64,000 nucleotides of DNA from Anthoceros angustus (lineage: Eukaryota; Plantae; Anthocerotophyta). The DNA is taken from NCBI GenBank assembly GCA_010909165.1, contig MU008160.1, positions 1,364,001-1,428,000 on the forward strand. The letters are read 5' to 3'. Both the position numbers and the translations under genes were made by a program. The notes below the pieces were generated by a model. The model searched no databases and was not told the origin of the DNA. It worked only from the letters and a program-made list of their open reading frames with translations. This document shows, one piece after another, positions 34,201-48,726 of this stretch. Position 1 is the stretch's first letter. Each line of letters starts with the position of its first letter.

Positions 34201-37200
34201 AAGCCAAGATAAAACGAAGAGCTTCCTGCCGCACGGCATAGCATTCCTGGGTGTTAAGAACTGCTCTGACAGCAACAAGGCCCACTTCAGGCCAGTTCTT
34301 TAGAAGCATTTTTTGGGTGACAGGTGTGACGGGTGAGGCCAGCATGGCCAGTATGCCGAAGGCCATGCCCCTGACAGTCCCTTCGTGATCAGTGACAACA
34401 CGTGAAAGCCAATATGTGACACTAGTAGAGGCCCAGAGCTCCTCCCAGAAGAGAGGTAACACAGAACATGTGATGCACCACAGGCAGTAAACTATCTCCC
34501 TCACCAGCTGCTTGTGCCTCAGAGATGGAAGATCTGTGCTGTAAAAGCGTGCCATGTGCTTAATCAGTGGGACAATCAGCTGAACTATATCTTGTTCCAT
34601 GCTGGTGTTAGGTGCTTCCTCATTCTGTGGCCCATCCAGACACCTGGTCTGTTCCAAATAGCTCAGCTTCATGAAAGAAAATATGTTTGTTGATGCCTTG
34701 CCAGCTACGTTCACAGCCATCCCTTTTGCAACAAGAGAGAGGCTTTGAACAGCCAGGATACAATAACTATACGGGGCAGTCTGGATCTTCGTGACGATGA
34801 TTTGCAATACAGACAGAAATGCTGTACCCTGGGACATTTACATCGAATTTCAGGTTGACAGAGTTGATGATTGTCTGTGTCCAGAGGGCATGACGTTTGG
34901 TGAAATACCTCTAATAGAAGCGTTACCACTCTTCCGAACAATTTTCTGTCCACGTGATTTTCAGCAGAGAGAACAAGATTGAACACTAAATGCAGCAGTC
35001 TCAAATCTCCCTGGTCAACAGTGGATGATTGCTCCTGCGATGTCGATTGTCCTGCACCAATCAGATCTCAGAATAAGTCACGGCTTGATCGTTTGTTTTG
35101 TCTTTCTCCCTTCTGTTCTAGTTGAAAAGAAGTACCCAATCCTGCAGATAATCTGTCAGCCAGGAAGGGAAGAAGAGCCGTCTTGCATGATGTAGCGAGA
35201 AAGATGATGCCAGATGAAGGTATGCAGTTGGTGCTCATCATAATCTCTACCACGTGCAGTACCTGCGTTGTGTCAATACATGTCAGTTCTTCAACAACAG
35301 GGAGAAAGCAAGAGCATACTGTCTTCACTTTTGCAATTTGTGTTACAATTCATTGGCACTCGTGTGCCCTTCAACATGTTCAGCGACCTGGACTGGACAT
35401 AAAATGCTTGTACAAACCTCAAGCAGCAATTTCATCTCCTCTTCTGATTTTGGACATCTGGTGAGAAATCGTTCAAGAGGCACCATCCAATTGCCCCTAG
35501 CAAGCACAATTGCTGCCTTTGATGCAATCCACGAACAGTCAGAGAGGATGCGCACACAACCCAGACTAAGTACATGCAAAAAGCCGAGTCCTGGTCTACC
35601 CACTGACAGTGTTGAAACTTGTATGAGATGCTACCTCCGGGTGTCTCGAACATTGTGCTGCCAACTCCACAAGCTGGCGAAACTCATCTTGGTAGTCCTG
35701 CTGTCCATCTGAATGCTTATTTGTTGCAGATACTTGTGGGGCAGGCTAGACAAGAGGAACTACTGACATAAATGATACATAATGGTAACAATTTATGGAT
35801 ACCTTTGAGTAAGAGAGATGCTCCAGCAGGGTTTGGATCACATAATCGGCGTTCAGTGCAGAAATGCACCTGAGAGATTGTAGCTCCAGGGGAGATACAC
35901 CAACTCTTGAGGCAATGCTTGTCTTAACTTGATAGAATTCTGCCAGAGTTTTGAACTCCCCTGCCATGATCAAGCCAAGAAGCACTAGGCTTAGATGGCA
36001 ATCCTAGAGATGGATGAGCTCACAAACAAAGCTGCTCAAAGCCACCACAGGGCCTACCACCAAGAAGCCGGAGCTGAGCAACCATGTGATCAACAAGAGG
36101 GTCATAATGCAAAGGCTCTGATACAGGCTCATCAGCTTGACGTAAATCAACAGGAATAGCATGGCAAGGGAACCGGTAACAGCTGGTAAATATGACAGGA
36201 ACAAACAGTTGAACTTCTTTCGTCAATGGGTATGGGATTTGCATGGATAATGCCGGAAACAACTGATCGTCTGTGGATACTACCTGCAAAAACCTCGCAG
36301 TGGTCAGTGAAACCCTGACGATCAAGTCAGCTAGCACGGTCTAAGGTGGTTGACAGACACGAAACGCTCACCTTCTTCAAGTTTGAGTACAACAAGTCAG
36401 CACTGAAGAGCAGAAAAGACAGTATCAATCCTATATTTCTGCGCACACTTGTTACAGGGTGGAAAACCAATGGCAGCAATGGCTCAATCCGCTCCTTTGG
36501 ACTTGTAGTAAGCCAATTTCGCACTCTAGCAACCTCCCTTGCTGAAGGGGAAGTCGTTAGGTTTGTTAGAAGACCAAGGCAAACTTCACCCATGGACTTC
36601 ACTGCATTTCTGCTCTCTTCTTCGGTGCAATTGTCCATCATCTTGTTTTTGCTTTCTTCTGCCTGTTGACAAGTCATTCTCATCCAGCTTACAATCTCGT
36701 AAAGCAAGACTTCAACTAAGTCCAAGTCTTCTTCCATAACGTGGAACAGCTCTTTATCTTCGGACAGCTTGTTGAGCTGCTCAACTGCCGCTCTTCTAAT
36801 GGTTGCACACATAGACGTGGACTTCATGATGTCTAGGAGGTCATGCAGTTTCTGCCGTCTCTTTCCCAGGAAGTCTGAAGCCCGTTGATGGGTACCTGTG
36901 TCCTTTAACACATCGATGAACTTCACCGATGGGGAGGGTCTTTGGCGTTTGTCCGGTTCCAATAGGAGCACATACCGAAATGGATCATGCATGTAATGAC
37001 CAGGATTTTTCCTCTTAATGCAACCTTCACTCCGAGATATCCACCAGGGAACATATCCATCAGTTTGGCAGCAGTTCTGCAAAGCCCCAAGAAGCTCTGT
37101 TGCTGCATTTACCCGAGCAGAGCTACTCAAGCTAAAGAGAGGTCTTAGAAAGAAGGATATTTCGGTCCATGCTGCTGTGGGTGCATCGTAGCTTATCCGA

Positions 37201-40200
37201 TCCACACAGTCACTGCTCCTTTTGGTCTCCATGGCATGAAGGAGGAAGTTGGCCACCTTATCTACCGTTGAGCATCCTCTCATATCGGAAGCAGAGCAGG
37301 CTATCCACGACAGAGCTGGGAGCATCTGTTGTCTCTCGTGTACACCCAGAAACTCTACATGATGAAGTAAAAGCTCTGCACATGACTGGTACCTTCAAAG
37401 TAACAGTACACAGATCAGTCATCAACATCTTGGAACGTTCCATAAGAGCAGGAATTCATATTTTGCTACATCGTAACACTGATCAGCAAACATGAAGGTC
37501 CTTCTTGCAGTCAGATCTAACCTTGCATGTGGCCGCATCATGGATACCATTTGTCAGAAGCTCACTCATGATCCTTGAGCCTCGTAGGAACACATTGTGA
37601 AGGATGCTTGCTGGTGAAACTACACAATTACTGGGACTATTCATTGTTTGGCTCTGTGTGTCTTCTGTGCAGGCATCCCCGAAGCCAAGCTCATTCAAGG
37701 CACACCATTCGTCTGTCCGCGCCTTCTCTGCTGAAGAAACCTCAAGAAGAGCTTCATACGCTACTTTCCTGACATTCCCGGAACCATGGGAAAGCAGGAG
37801 CACAAGCAAGTACCCAGTCAGAGCAAGTTTGTTCTCCAAGTCCGCATCGAAGACAAGCCAAAGATCCTGTCTTCTGCCAGAGTTGGCAGGATCCGTTCTC
37901 ATACCGAAGTGTCTTTTCATTTTTTTCAACTTCCCCCGGTGTCTGTCTCTGCTTGTCTGGAATTTCTCCACTTCAATCTCCAGCAACCCAAGCACAACTG
38001 AAATGAATCTTCTGACCAAGTTGACATCTTCAAATGCTTTCATATATGGGACGGCTTCAGACATACATTTCACAAGCGTTTCAGTATTGACTTTCTCTAG
38101 AACTTTTGAAGGTGATGAGGTTCCTGAGTCCCTCATCATAAGACACTCAAATCCAGCGTTAACCATCCTCTCGGCATCATGGATGGAACCGTATGCATCG
38201 TGAGCCATACAATATGCATGATAATAGTCAGGATCAAAGAACTCTATATACGGAAGAATCTGCAAGACGGTACAAGAAGGAAGACAACATCATTCCATTG
38301 AAGTTTGATGAGAGATAACTGCAAACAGCCACACAGAAGAGAAAATACCCTTGTGTGGATTCCGAAATTACATTCTGCGAGGATAAGGTTACTCGTCAGT
38401 GCTTTCAATGCTTTGATAAGTTTGAATGGCAAAAGGCCCACTACATCCGCAGGTTCGAGCAGAGATAGTAGGTCAGCTGTGTAGCTTAAAACTGTAAGCA
38501 CAGGAATACATTTCGATTGCCAAGTTTCTGTACTATCTTCACTATCTTGCATGATGCTTCCCAGACAGAGTGCACCCAGATCCTGAAATTCTCCACCTAG
38601 AGCTCCAACGACATCATTAAGTGCCCCAAAGTACTGCATGTAGTGGGTCCGCAGCTGCATTGCAAGTTTGTTGCCATCAGATCTGGTGCTTGATGAAGCG
38701 GAGAGCTGGAAATGTATGGAGGACACACTTGAGTTCACCTACCTTCGGGTTAAACTGCTCATCCGCTGTTGGTTTCAGCAGCAACAACAGCTCTCGCAGA
38801 ATCTCAAAGATGGCCTGGTGGTATTTTATTTCTGACAGAAGCTTGATCAAGTGTAATGTCATCATATGTAAATATCGTCCAAGATAAAGCACAAGCCGGA
38901 TGCGCGTCCCAAAGCTGCCTGGGTGCTGTCTTGAGAGGTTCATCTCCTGCTTCGTAGAAACTGGATAACTATGTGCAACGTTGGCCGGATAGATCGCCCC
39001 ATGACTGGTTGCATTTCGTTGCTCATGGTGATCATGTACATGCTGGGCATCAGGGTGAACTTGAAAGGCAGCTTCATATGAAAGACTCAGAGCAGCCTGC
39101 GAGAGGCAACTACATTAATCAAAACAGATGCTCAACGACATGTTTGGGAAAGCAAACGACTTGATAAGGTTCTACCTTTATCCTGCGAACAAGAGAGCGT
39201 AGAAAGTCAAGAGCCACTGGAACTAGGTCAGTATTCTTCAGGACATGGAGCAAGGCCAAGACGTTCTGCACAGAGGAGAAACATGTGAGAAACATTTTCC
39301 TCTGTAATTGCAAGACGAAGAAGGTTGCAATCAATAAGTGCAGGAAGTGCCCACCTCCAAAATGGGCTGTGATTGAAGGATGGCTTCAGGATGAAAGTCA
39401 ACGACGACAGTCTCCCTTAACTCTCGGAGTGCATCTTCAACAATTTGAGGATGTTCAATATCCTGCAGCCTTCCTGTAGAATAGCAAGACAGGTACCCCA
39501 TGAGTGCCAGAAAACCCGACACGGGACAGTGCACAGGACTTTGCAGTGGGCAAGTTTGCATCACATCCCCCTAGCTGATGCAGACACAGGGCAGCTCAAA
39601 CTTGATTCCCGATACCCCAGCCTCAAGCAACTCAACTGCAACCCGCTGGAATAGTCTGAGTCCCATCGGCCAGATTCTTGTGTTTTTTCTCATAAAACAA
39701 GAAGCCGACCAAAAAGCAGACAAGAACTCACAATCTGCCGGCAAACCCCAACATCCTGAACTCACCATATTCACTACTTCATGCCAGTTTCATCCAATGG
39801 AGTGCTGGGAAGTGGACCCAGACCATTCAATTCGAACAGATACTGATTATCCGCAGGCTCCAAGTCAATGTATGGCAAACTCGGTCCAACATCTTGAAAC
39901 CCTGGCCCACAAGTTTGCAAAACAAATCTTAGACGCCTGCCAGGGGTGTCCATCCAGTGCACCACCATGCCACCGTCTCTCTTCTCACCTGGGCTGCAGA
40001 TCTGGGTTTCAGCATAAGAGGACTCCACATCTGGTGAGGCAACAAACTGGCGAGGAGCAATGGAGTCCAGCCAAGGTCGGGAGAACGTTTTGCCATCCTG
40101 CCATGGCACAACCGGGTGCACCTCCCATGTCCGGTGCGGAGGGACATTCGGCCCCTCGATGGGGACAATCCTATCAGCACTCACTTGTGGGCAAGGCTCA

Positions 40201-41183
40201 TCCTGCTGGTTCTCCGCTGAAGCATGCCACTCGGTCAGCGCCGAAATAAGGAGGTTCACCAACGGCAGCAACTTCTCCCCCTTGTCTTCCCGCAACTGCT
40301 GCATAAACTCAATAGCTCCAATCTCCAGCAGCTGGGCTCGCATGTAGCCATCCTGCCACCATCACAAAATGCCTCAGCCTCCCATGCATGCATGCATCGA
40401 TGCCCACAAACACCTATCACACACATCAACCATACCTGGGCCAACTTAATCAAAATGCTCAGCACAGTCTCCTCATGAGCAGGGCTGGGCAGGTTGAACC
40501 ACTCCAACAGATTCCGGGCCAGAGGTTCCGCGAACGGGTGAAACAAATGCACGCTGATCAAGTTCTGCGCCACACAGAACTGCAGCCCCCTGAGAGCCGT
40601 CACCCTCGTTTCCGCCTCCGGATCCGCTGCCCACAACGCCAACAACCCTCCTCATCAGCACGACATGGAGCAATGCAGCCTCCCCAACAAACCCAACAAA
40701 ACCCAACAAAACCCAACAAAAATCCCACACCACACCTAGCCTGAACACCAGAAAGTGCAACGACCCTTCCTGCTCCTCCTTCCCCGCCTTCTTCACGCCT
40801 CCATCTCCCGTTCCCGCTGCAGTTCCCGGGCCACCGTGCTCTGCCCCGGCTCTTCCTGGCGACCTGACAGATCCGTTGGACGACGTTTTGGCGTTCCCAC
40901 ACTTCTCCTCCCGGTCCTCCACACTCCTTCCCCCCGACTCCCTGGACAACGGGCTGCGCGGGCCCACAATCCTGCCCCTCCTGAAGGACCCGGTCGTGGA
41001 GCAGCTTCCAGCTCCCGTGGACGTCTCCGACGTCGCCTGAGCCGAGGCCGGCGGCTTGGAGTTGCAGGACCGGGACGTCTCCCGCGAATCGTACGCAGAG
41101 GTGGTGCTCCCGGCGCTCCCCTGGGAGCTCATGGCCTCTCGCCGACCTGGCCCAGAATCCGCGCGACCCTGGGTCCCCGCCAT
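31248..41183 (-). CDS. RTTN: Rotatin (centriole/basal-body ARM-repeat protein), many exons
   Basis: The N-terminal segment ETRVTALRG...NL...LLEWFNLPSPAHEETVLSILIKLAQ...LLEIGAIEFMQQLR matches the RTTN_N signature (human LLEWFNFP...EVL.LL..L...GAVEFLSKLR). About 10 kb of helical-repeat exons follow, ending near ARAYASSAIWELLFKG. Start at 41183 is tentative. Confidence 0.85.
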
Positions 41184-41504
41184 CGCTCGCCTTCCGAGGC
41201 CGCGGACACCAAGAACCTGCAGTTTTGTCCCACATTGCAAGAAAGTAGTGCGCGCCAACCGTGGCGTTCATGGTCGTGGGACTCCGCTAATACGCGGTAA
41301 CGTAACATAACATGACGTTATCGAAGGACTAAATAAATTCGTCCTTTCCTTCTATCAAGTCGCACTGTTTCAGGTTTAGGTGGGACGCAAGCGACTGACG
41401 TTCGGCGACCCACACAGTCCACCAAGAATGTTGAAGGGAGAGCATCGCGAGCACATAGAGTGGCAGGAAATACACCTGTGATATGATATATATAATCCAT
41501 CTAT

Positions 41505-41800
41505 CCAGATATCTGGATACCTAGGATACATACATATATGATATATCTACCAAGATCTTTTGTATGATCTACCACATGCCTTGGCTTTTTGATCGTTGGC
41601 CTTTTTACCCAGATACCTGGATACCTAGGATACATACATATATAATATATCTACCAAGATCTTTTGTATGATCCACCACATACCTCGGCTTTTTGACCGT
41701 TAGCCTTTTCATTCTCGATACATAGATCTATGATATATATACCAAGATATTTCATATGATCCACTACCACATGCCTTGGCTCTTGGATGGTTGGTCTTTT
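41505..41800. repeat. 104-bp tandem repeat, 2 copies plus a degenerate third
   Basis: CCAGATA.CTGGATACCTAGGATACATACATATAT... at 41505 and 41609. Confidence 0.85.
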
Positions 41801-42289
41801 CATTCTTTTCATCCGATCCTTGCCCCTGGACATTGTCTTTGTTTGATTTGGATTCTGGTAGGGAGATATTTTGGATTTTGGTCAGGAGATGTTTAGGAAG
41901 GCGTTTGTACAAGACGACTCTAAACTAAAGTCCCCTCTTGTTGTGATGTTGTAGCTTGCCAATTTTGTATATGTGAGTCTAACATCTACCTTCGAATGTG
42001 TGTGATACCTCTTTTCACGCAGGTCCCTATGTAAGAGAAGGCTATCAAGCGTGGTGGAAAGTCTATAGACAAAGAATACTTGTCGTAGGATGGTATGTGG
42101 GACTCCCTTGAACAAGTTCATGTACATGAGACCATCTGGTTTAGAATAAAAATAAAAAAATAATAAATAAAATCAATCCTTAAAATAAAAGGTGATAACA
42201 AGATATGCATCCTCGACAACCCCGTGGTGTGTAGGCTCTTCCATTTTCCTATATTCATCACCTTTGGTGTTATGGGTTTAGGATTAGTT

Positions 42290-42571
42290 AGGGCACCCAT
42301 CTTGGCCCACTTTTAATCCTCTAGCATCTAAGGGCACCCATCTTGGGCCACTTTTAATCCTCTAGCATCTAAGGGTACCCATTTTGGGCCACTTTTAATC
42401 CTCTAGCATCTAAGGGCACCCATCTTGGGCCACTTTTAATCCTCTAGCATCTAAGTACAATGATATGGTATTCTATATGACTGAGCGGAGATATCATATT
42501 AAGGCTCATCGTCATCATGCAATGTGCGCGGAGATATCATATTAAGGCTCATCGTCATCATGCAATGTGCC
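42290..42571. repeat. 41-bp unit x4 (AGGGCACCCATCTTGGGCCACTTTTAATCCTCTAGCATCTA) followed by a 43-bp unit x2
   Basis: Direct inspection; head-to-tail, no spacers. Confidence 0.92.
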
Positions 42572-43575
42572 CTGTCTCATGAGTTCCATGCCTTCCCATC
42601 CACTCTCTCCTTACGAAAGCGGAATATCGTGTACAAGTACAAGCATATACCGGCAACCGATTCCTTCATCCGGTTAGCGGACAATTTTTTCCGTCCTAAG
42701 TGAAACAAAGAAAACATTCTTCTTCTTCTTTGCGCATGGGGTGCTAGCGTCCGGCATGCTGAAGTCTCCATTTGTGCTTTCTCGAATGAGCGCTTGGGGC
42801 TATTTTATGTTCTAGTGCTACCTCTAACTCTTCAAAGTCCAGGCTTTTTACCTATGTATTAGAGAAGCCCCGTTATGAAGGGCACGCTAGGCTACCTGGT
42901 GAGTCATTTTGAGTGAGACCACCATTTCTTCAAGTAAAGTAAAGTACAAGAGCCAGCGCCGCTGCAGCTTCCTCCTGTGTCGTGTATGCATCTAGATATG
43001 TGGACTAAAATAGACTTTGTATGTCTTGGAGGAAATTTTCCAAGTCGAGGGCTTTCAAGCGAAAGCGCGAAAGGCTTGCATAACGCGACAGAAGCGACCT
43101 GACGCGGGGTCTTCTTACTGGCACGGCAAGTCGATAAATCGATAAATCCAGAACGGCCACCTCGGCCCTCTGTCGTCAGGAACCTTCGCGTGAGCCTTCG
43201 TCAGAGCAATACTCGAGTTGCGGCCTGCCTTGCGACGGAGCTTGTCCGTCAAGGTGATGACGTCTTCGACTACAGCGCGTGTACCTGCACAACTGCACGA
43301 TTGGAGCAAGCCAGGGCTTGCCCGGGGCCGCATCGATCTCCCAGCGGTCAATCCCGAAACTTTCAACCAGGGATCTATGGATATTTCGACAAAGCCTGCA
43401 AGCCTGCTCCACTGCTACAAATGCTCGCATGCAAGCTCCTCGTCGCAACCCCTGAGGCTCAAATCCGAGTGCATTGCGCACAGTGCAGACCTGCAACACG
43501 ATCACTGCAGAGTGCAGACGTTGCACAAAATTGCACACTTCGTGCTGCAAGAACAAGAGCACTAGGTTTGGAAAT

Positions 43576-44936
<1,361 letters not shown>

Positions 44937-45365
44937 TGACAGGAGATATTTATCCCAACTTTCTTCATTGCTTATTACCGTTGTATTGTATGCTTACCAT
45001 GAACGACATCTGTAAAGGGGACAGTGAATGAAAATCTTACTTCTTGGATCACATCCCGATGATGGTACAATTCACTATGTTGGCTCATGACATTGAAAGA
45101 AATGACTCCATCCGTCTGCCCTTCCTTCGGCCAGTACTGTTGAGTGATCAAAACTTGGTATTCTAAGCTTGGACATGCCTCAATGCTAAAGCTGAACCTG
45201 CCTCAGTTCTGGTGTCCCAGCTACACATTTGGTACATTTGCATAACAGGCTTCCCAGCATTTCCTTGTCTGGAAGCTGTGCAGACCTTCCTATGGATAGG
45301 TAGACGAAAGGAGGGTCTCTTGTGATAGATATACCAGTCCAGTGTTGACAAAAAAGGTGAGACCA

Positions 45366-47929
45366 TTACTTGATCAAACTTGCCAGCACTGGGTGTTTTG
45401 CGAAAAGGTCCCTGGTGACGGTGTCTGGATTGCAGCCGTGATCGAGCATCTCCCAGTACAGCTTTCTGGCATAGTTTACCTGTCCGCTTTTTATGAAGGC
45501 ATGGTAGAGGGCATTGTAGACATAGATGTTTGGAGCCAAGCCAGCTTCTCTCAGCTCCTGTAATGGGAGGGAGCAAATTGAAGTGAGTGAGTGAGAGAGT
45601 AAGACAGGAATCAAACAACCGAGATGGTGTGGTTTTCATGGAGCAGGGAAAGAGTGAAATTGATTACCTGAAACAGCTCTCTGGCTTTATGCCAGTTGAA
45701 CACCTTGCCGCAGGCTCGGATGAGTGAGGCATAAGTGAAGCAATTGGGTGCGACTCGGATTTGCAGCATGTGCTCATACACCTCTAGAGCCACCTGCGCT
45801 TGCCCTGCCGCCTCGCACGTGTTGATGAGGAGAGTGTAGACCTGGACATCTGGCTTCAAGCCTTCCTTTTCCATCTCCCACACTAGCCGCAATGCCGTCT
45901 GCCAGTTCTCCACCTTCAGGCATATTGCAAGCATGGAGCTGTAGACCTCGCAGGTTGGCTTCACATCCATGTCCTTCATCGACTCGAACAGCTTCCATGC
46001 TCTGTCGTACTCGCCTGAGCAGTTCAGAGCGGTTAACAGAGAGCACCAGGTATATGGGTCTGGCTTCAGTCCCAAGGCTCTCATGCACTCGTACCCTCTG
46101 AAAGTAAGGTTTACCTCTCCAGATTTTGCCACGGAGCTCAGAACAGAGTTCAACACAGTTGCCGATGGTTTGATCCCGCTCACCAACATCTCGTCCAGAA
46201 AATCGAGGGCTAGCATCCAGCGTCCCTCTTTGGCACAGGAGCAGATCAGAGCTTTCAAAATATCCTTGTTGGGTTTCCAGGCCCTCTGGATGATGGAATG
46301 GTAGACTTCAAGAGCAAGGTGAACCTGGTTACACCGCACAAAGGTACTGACCAAGAGGCAGTAGGTGCCCATGCCCTCCTTGCACCCATCCTGCTTCATT
46401 TTCTCCCATATTTGGGCAACCTCTTTCCACTTGTGAGCCCTCCCAAAGGCCGATATCAAGCAGTTGAAAGAAAACACATCAGGCTTGCACCTGCCATCTT
46501 TAACCATCTCATTGAAGACTCTCAGAGTAGCTTTATACCCCTTGGTGCGGGCCGCTACTTGCATAAGCAGCGTGTAACTGTACACACTGGGCTTCACATC
46601 CTCGCTCTTCATCTTCTCAAACACATCATATGCTTCCTCAAAACAGCTCGCTCTCACCAGACCCGCAAGCAGAGAGTTGTAGGAGGTCAACCTCAATTGA
46701 ATTCCGGCTTTCGACAGCCAATCAAGCACCTGCAAAGCTATTTTCGCTCTGCCTGTTCTGCACAGCTCCACCACCACCATCGAAGATGTCAATTCACTCA
46801 GACCCCCGTTCTCGGCCTGATACTTGGATAACTCAGCACCGATGCCTGCCTCATCAGAAACTCGTGCAAGCAACCCCACCAACTCCTGCACATTCATTTT
46901 CCTCTTCACAATGTGTGCTGATTGCGGAAGTGTCTGCACCACTTTCTCCGCCCACTCGTACAAGGCCTGGGATACATTATCGTCTGCCACTTTGTCTGGC
47001 AACCGTTTGGAAAGCTGGTTGCTGGCTTCTGCTTTGTCCTCGGAGGACTTTGATACTGAAGGCCCATCTCCTTCGCCAGCTTCTCCTACATCTCCTCTCC
47101 TAGTGGTACTGCTCTCCAACTCCCCATCCTCAAACAAGCTGTCCACAAAACTTCCTGGCTCCAAACTCCTCAGTATGTTCTTCTCCGCCCGTGGAGATGC
47201 CTCATCAGCCCAGAGCTCCACAAACGGCCCACTCTCCCCCATACCGCCGACTCCAAACCTGGCGCCCCCAGCAGGGAACAAAGCTTCAATTTCAGCATCA
47301 TCCATGGATTCAGACTTCGCAGAATCCCCTTTTTCTGCGTCTGAAACCTCGACATCCTCTGTCAAGAATGTCTTAGGTTGGACCTTAGCCACTTCTATGA
47401 AAGAACTCACCTTCCGTTGCCACTCAGCCCTCGCCAATCTACTCTCCTCCGCATCTTCCAGACTGTGCATCTGTGATCGATTATCATCAGACTTCTGGTG
47501 AGATGTGCTTGTGTCCTGTGTCCCTCCATTGCCATCCGACCCGGGAGGCTGAACGTCAAGTTCACCTCCACCTTCCGACTGGTTAATGTCTGCCTCCTCC
47601 CCTGATTTTTCAGAATCAGGCCGACCCTGAACAAGCTCACGCACCCAGGCACCCTCCTGCCAGTCCAACTGCAGCTGGGTCTTGGGCCGTTTCACAGGCC
47701 GCCTCAGGAAGAGAGCTGGGGAATCCTTTCCGACTGAGTTGCTCTCTGCATTGCTTTCAGGCGAGCTTGGCAATTCCGGAACTGAAGCAGTCAGGTTCCC
47801 CCTATACCCCCGAATGGGAGGGAACGAGACCCGGTCCACACCGAGTTTCGGGCACCGTCTCCCTTTTCTGTTGATAGGAATCGTCTGAGGGGGCTGACTG
47901 ATGATGATCGTCGCCTGTATCACCTCCAT
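45366..47929 (-). CDS. P-class pentatricopeptide repeat protein (At3g29290/EMB2076-like), 2 exons
   Basis: Long acidic N-terminal region, then tandem 35-aa PPR motifs (SYNSLLAGL, KPSVYSYTLLM, KPDVFSFNCLI, KPDPYTWCSLL, KPDVQVYTLLI). Exon 2 (~45560-45366) adds a final motif. Confidence 0.9.
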
Positions 47930-48252
47930 TTCCTAAAACCCAAAACCCTCACCAAAATCTGAGGAGCAGTCTCCCCAATGCCGAAGAAAACAGCCCCGCC
48001 ATGATCTGAAATTCACAAGCGCTCAAGCTGCATCTATCAGTTCAAACCTTGCTCTAAGCAGACGGGCGAGGTCATATCATCAACATATCGACAGCCACAG
48101 GACGATTTCCCTCAGCCTCGCAGATTCCCGATGAAAATGCTGGCTCTGATGATTAGAATGAGAGGAATGTGGAGCTCTCAACTCCGGGATAACTGAATCT
48201 CGGACTGTGGCTCAGGTACCACCGATACCTGAAGGGGAAAGATTCATTGTTC

Positions 48253-48267
48253 AGGGTTTAGGGTTTA
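48253..48267. promoter_or_regulatory. Telo-box (AAACCCTA) / two plant telomere repeats in the divergent PPR-PPD5 promoter
   Basis: AGGGTTTAGGGTTTA. Similar AGGGTTT motifs lie just upstream of the MIF-like gene (~29885-29912). Confidence 0.55.
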
Positions 48268-48726
48268 AAGAGGCTGTGTACTAGTGTAGGTGTCCAAAAG
48301 CTGGTAGTTGTGAACCACAGACATGCCGATTTGTCAGATGGACTGACGGGGAGCATCTTGGTCCTTGCTTTACGATTTGGAATTCAATCTTACACCTCGC
48401 CGCCCACCAACTCTGCCGTGTGTGTTTTTGTACTTTTTGGTTTACAAAGGATGGACTGCTAGTGAACCTCCACACATCGAGGACGAGGAGAAACGAACAG
48501 CTTCATGTGTGACGTGGAGGAAAAGAGATAGCGAGCTCGCCAGCTTGTACAATATCTACCTAGATGGTAGGCGTGCGATGCACCTGTCTGGCTACGAGTA
48601 CATGGCCAGTTTTGCATCCCCCAGGTTCTGGACGGTGTCGATTTTTTCCTCGAGATGAGGTGGTTTCAGTACCGGGTCAAGGTTCTGGGTTCTGGAAAGA
48701 AGGAACCCACAAGCTGGTTATGAGGA

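Noticed and set aside
41850-42130. Possible retrotransposon coding remnant
   Set aside because: No gag, RT, integrase or chromodomain motif could be read in any frame.
43115-43570. Overlapping 80-150-aa ORFs upstream of the peroxidase
   Set aside because: No motif or splice-consistent structure; more likely promoter or 5' region.
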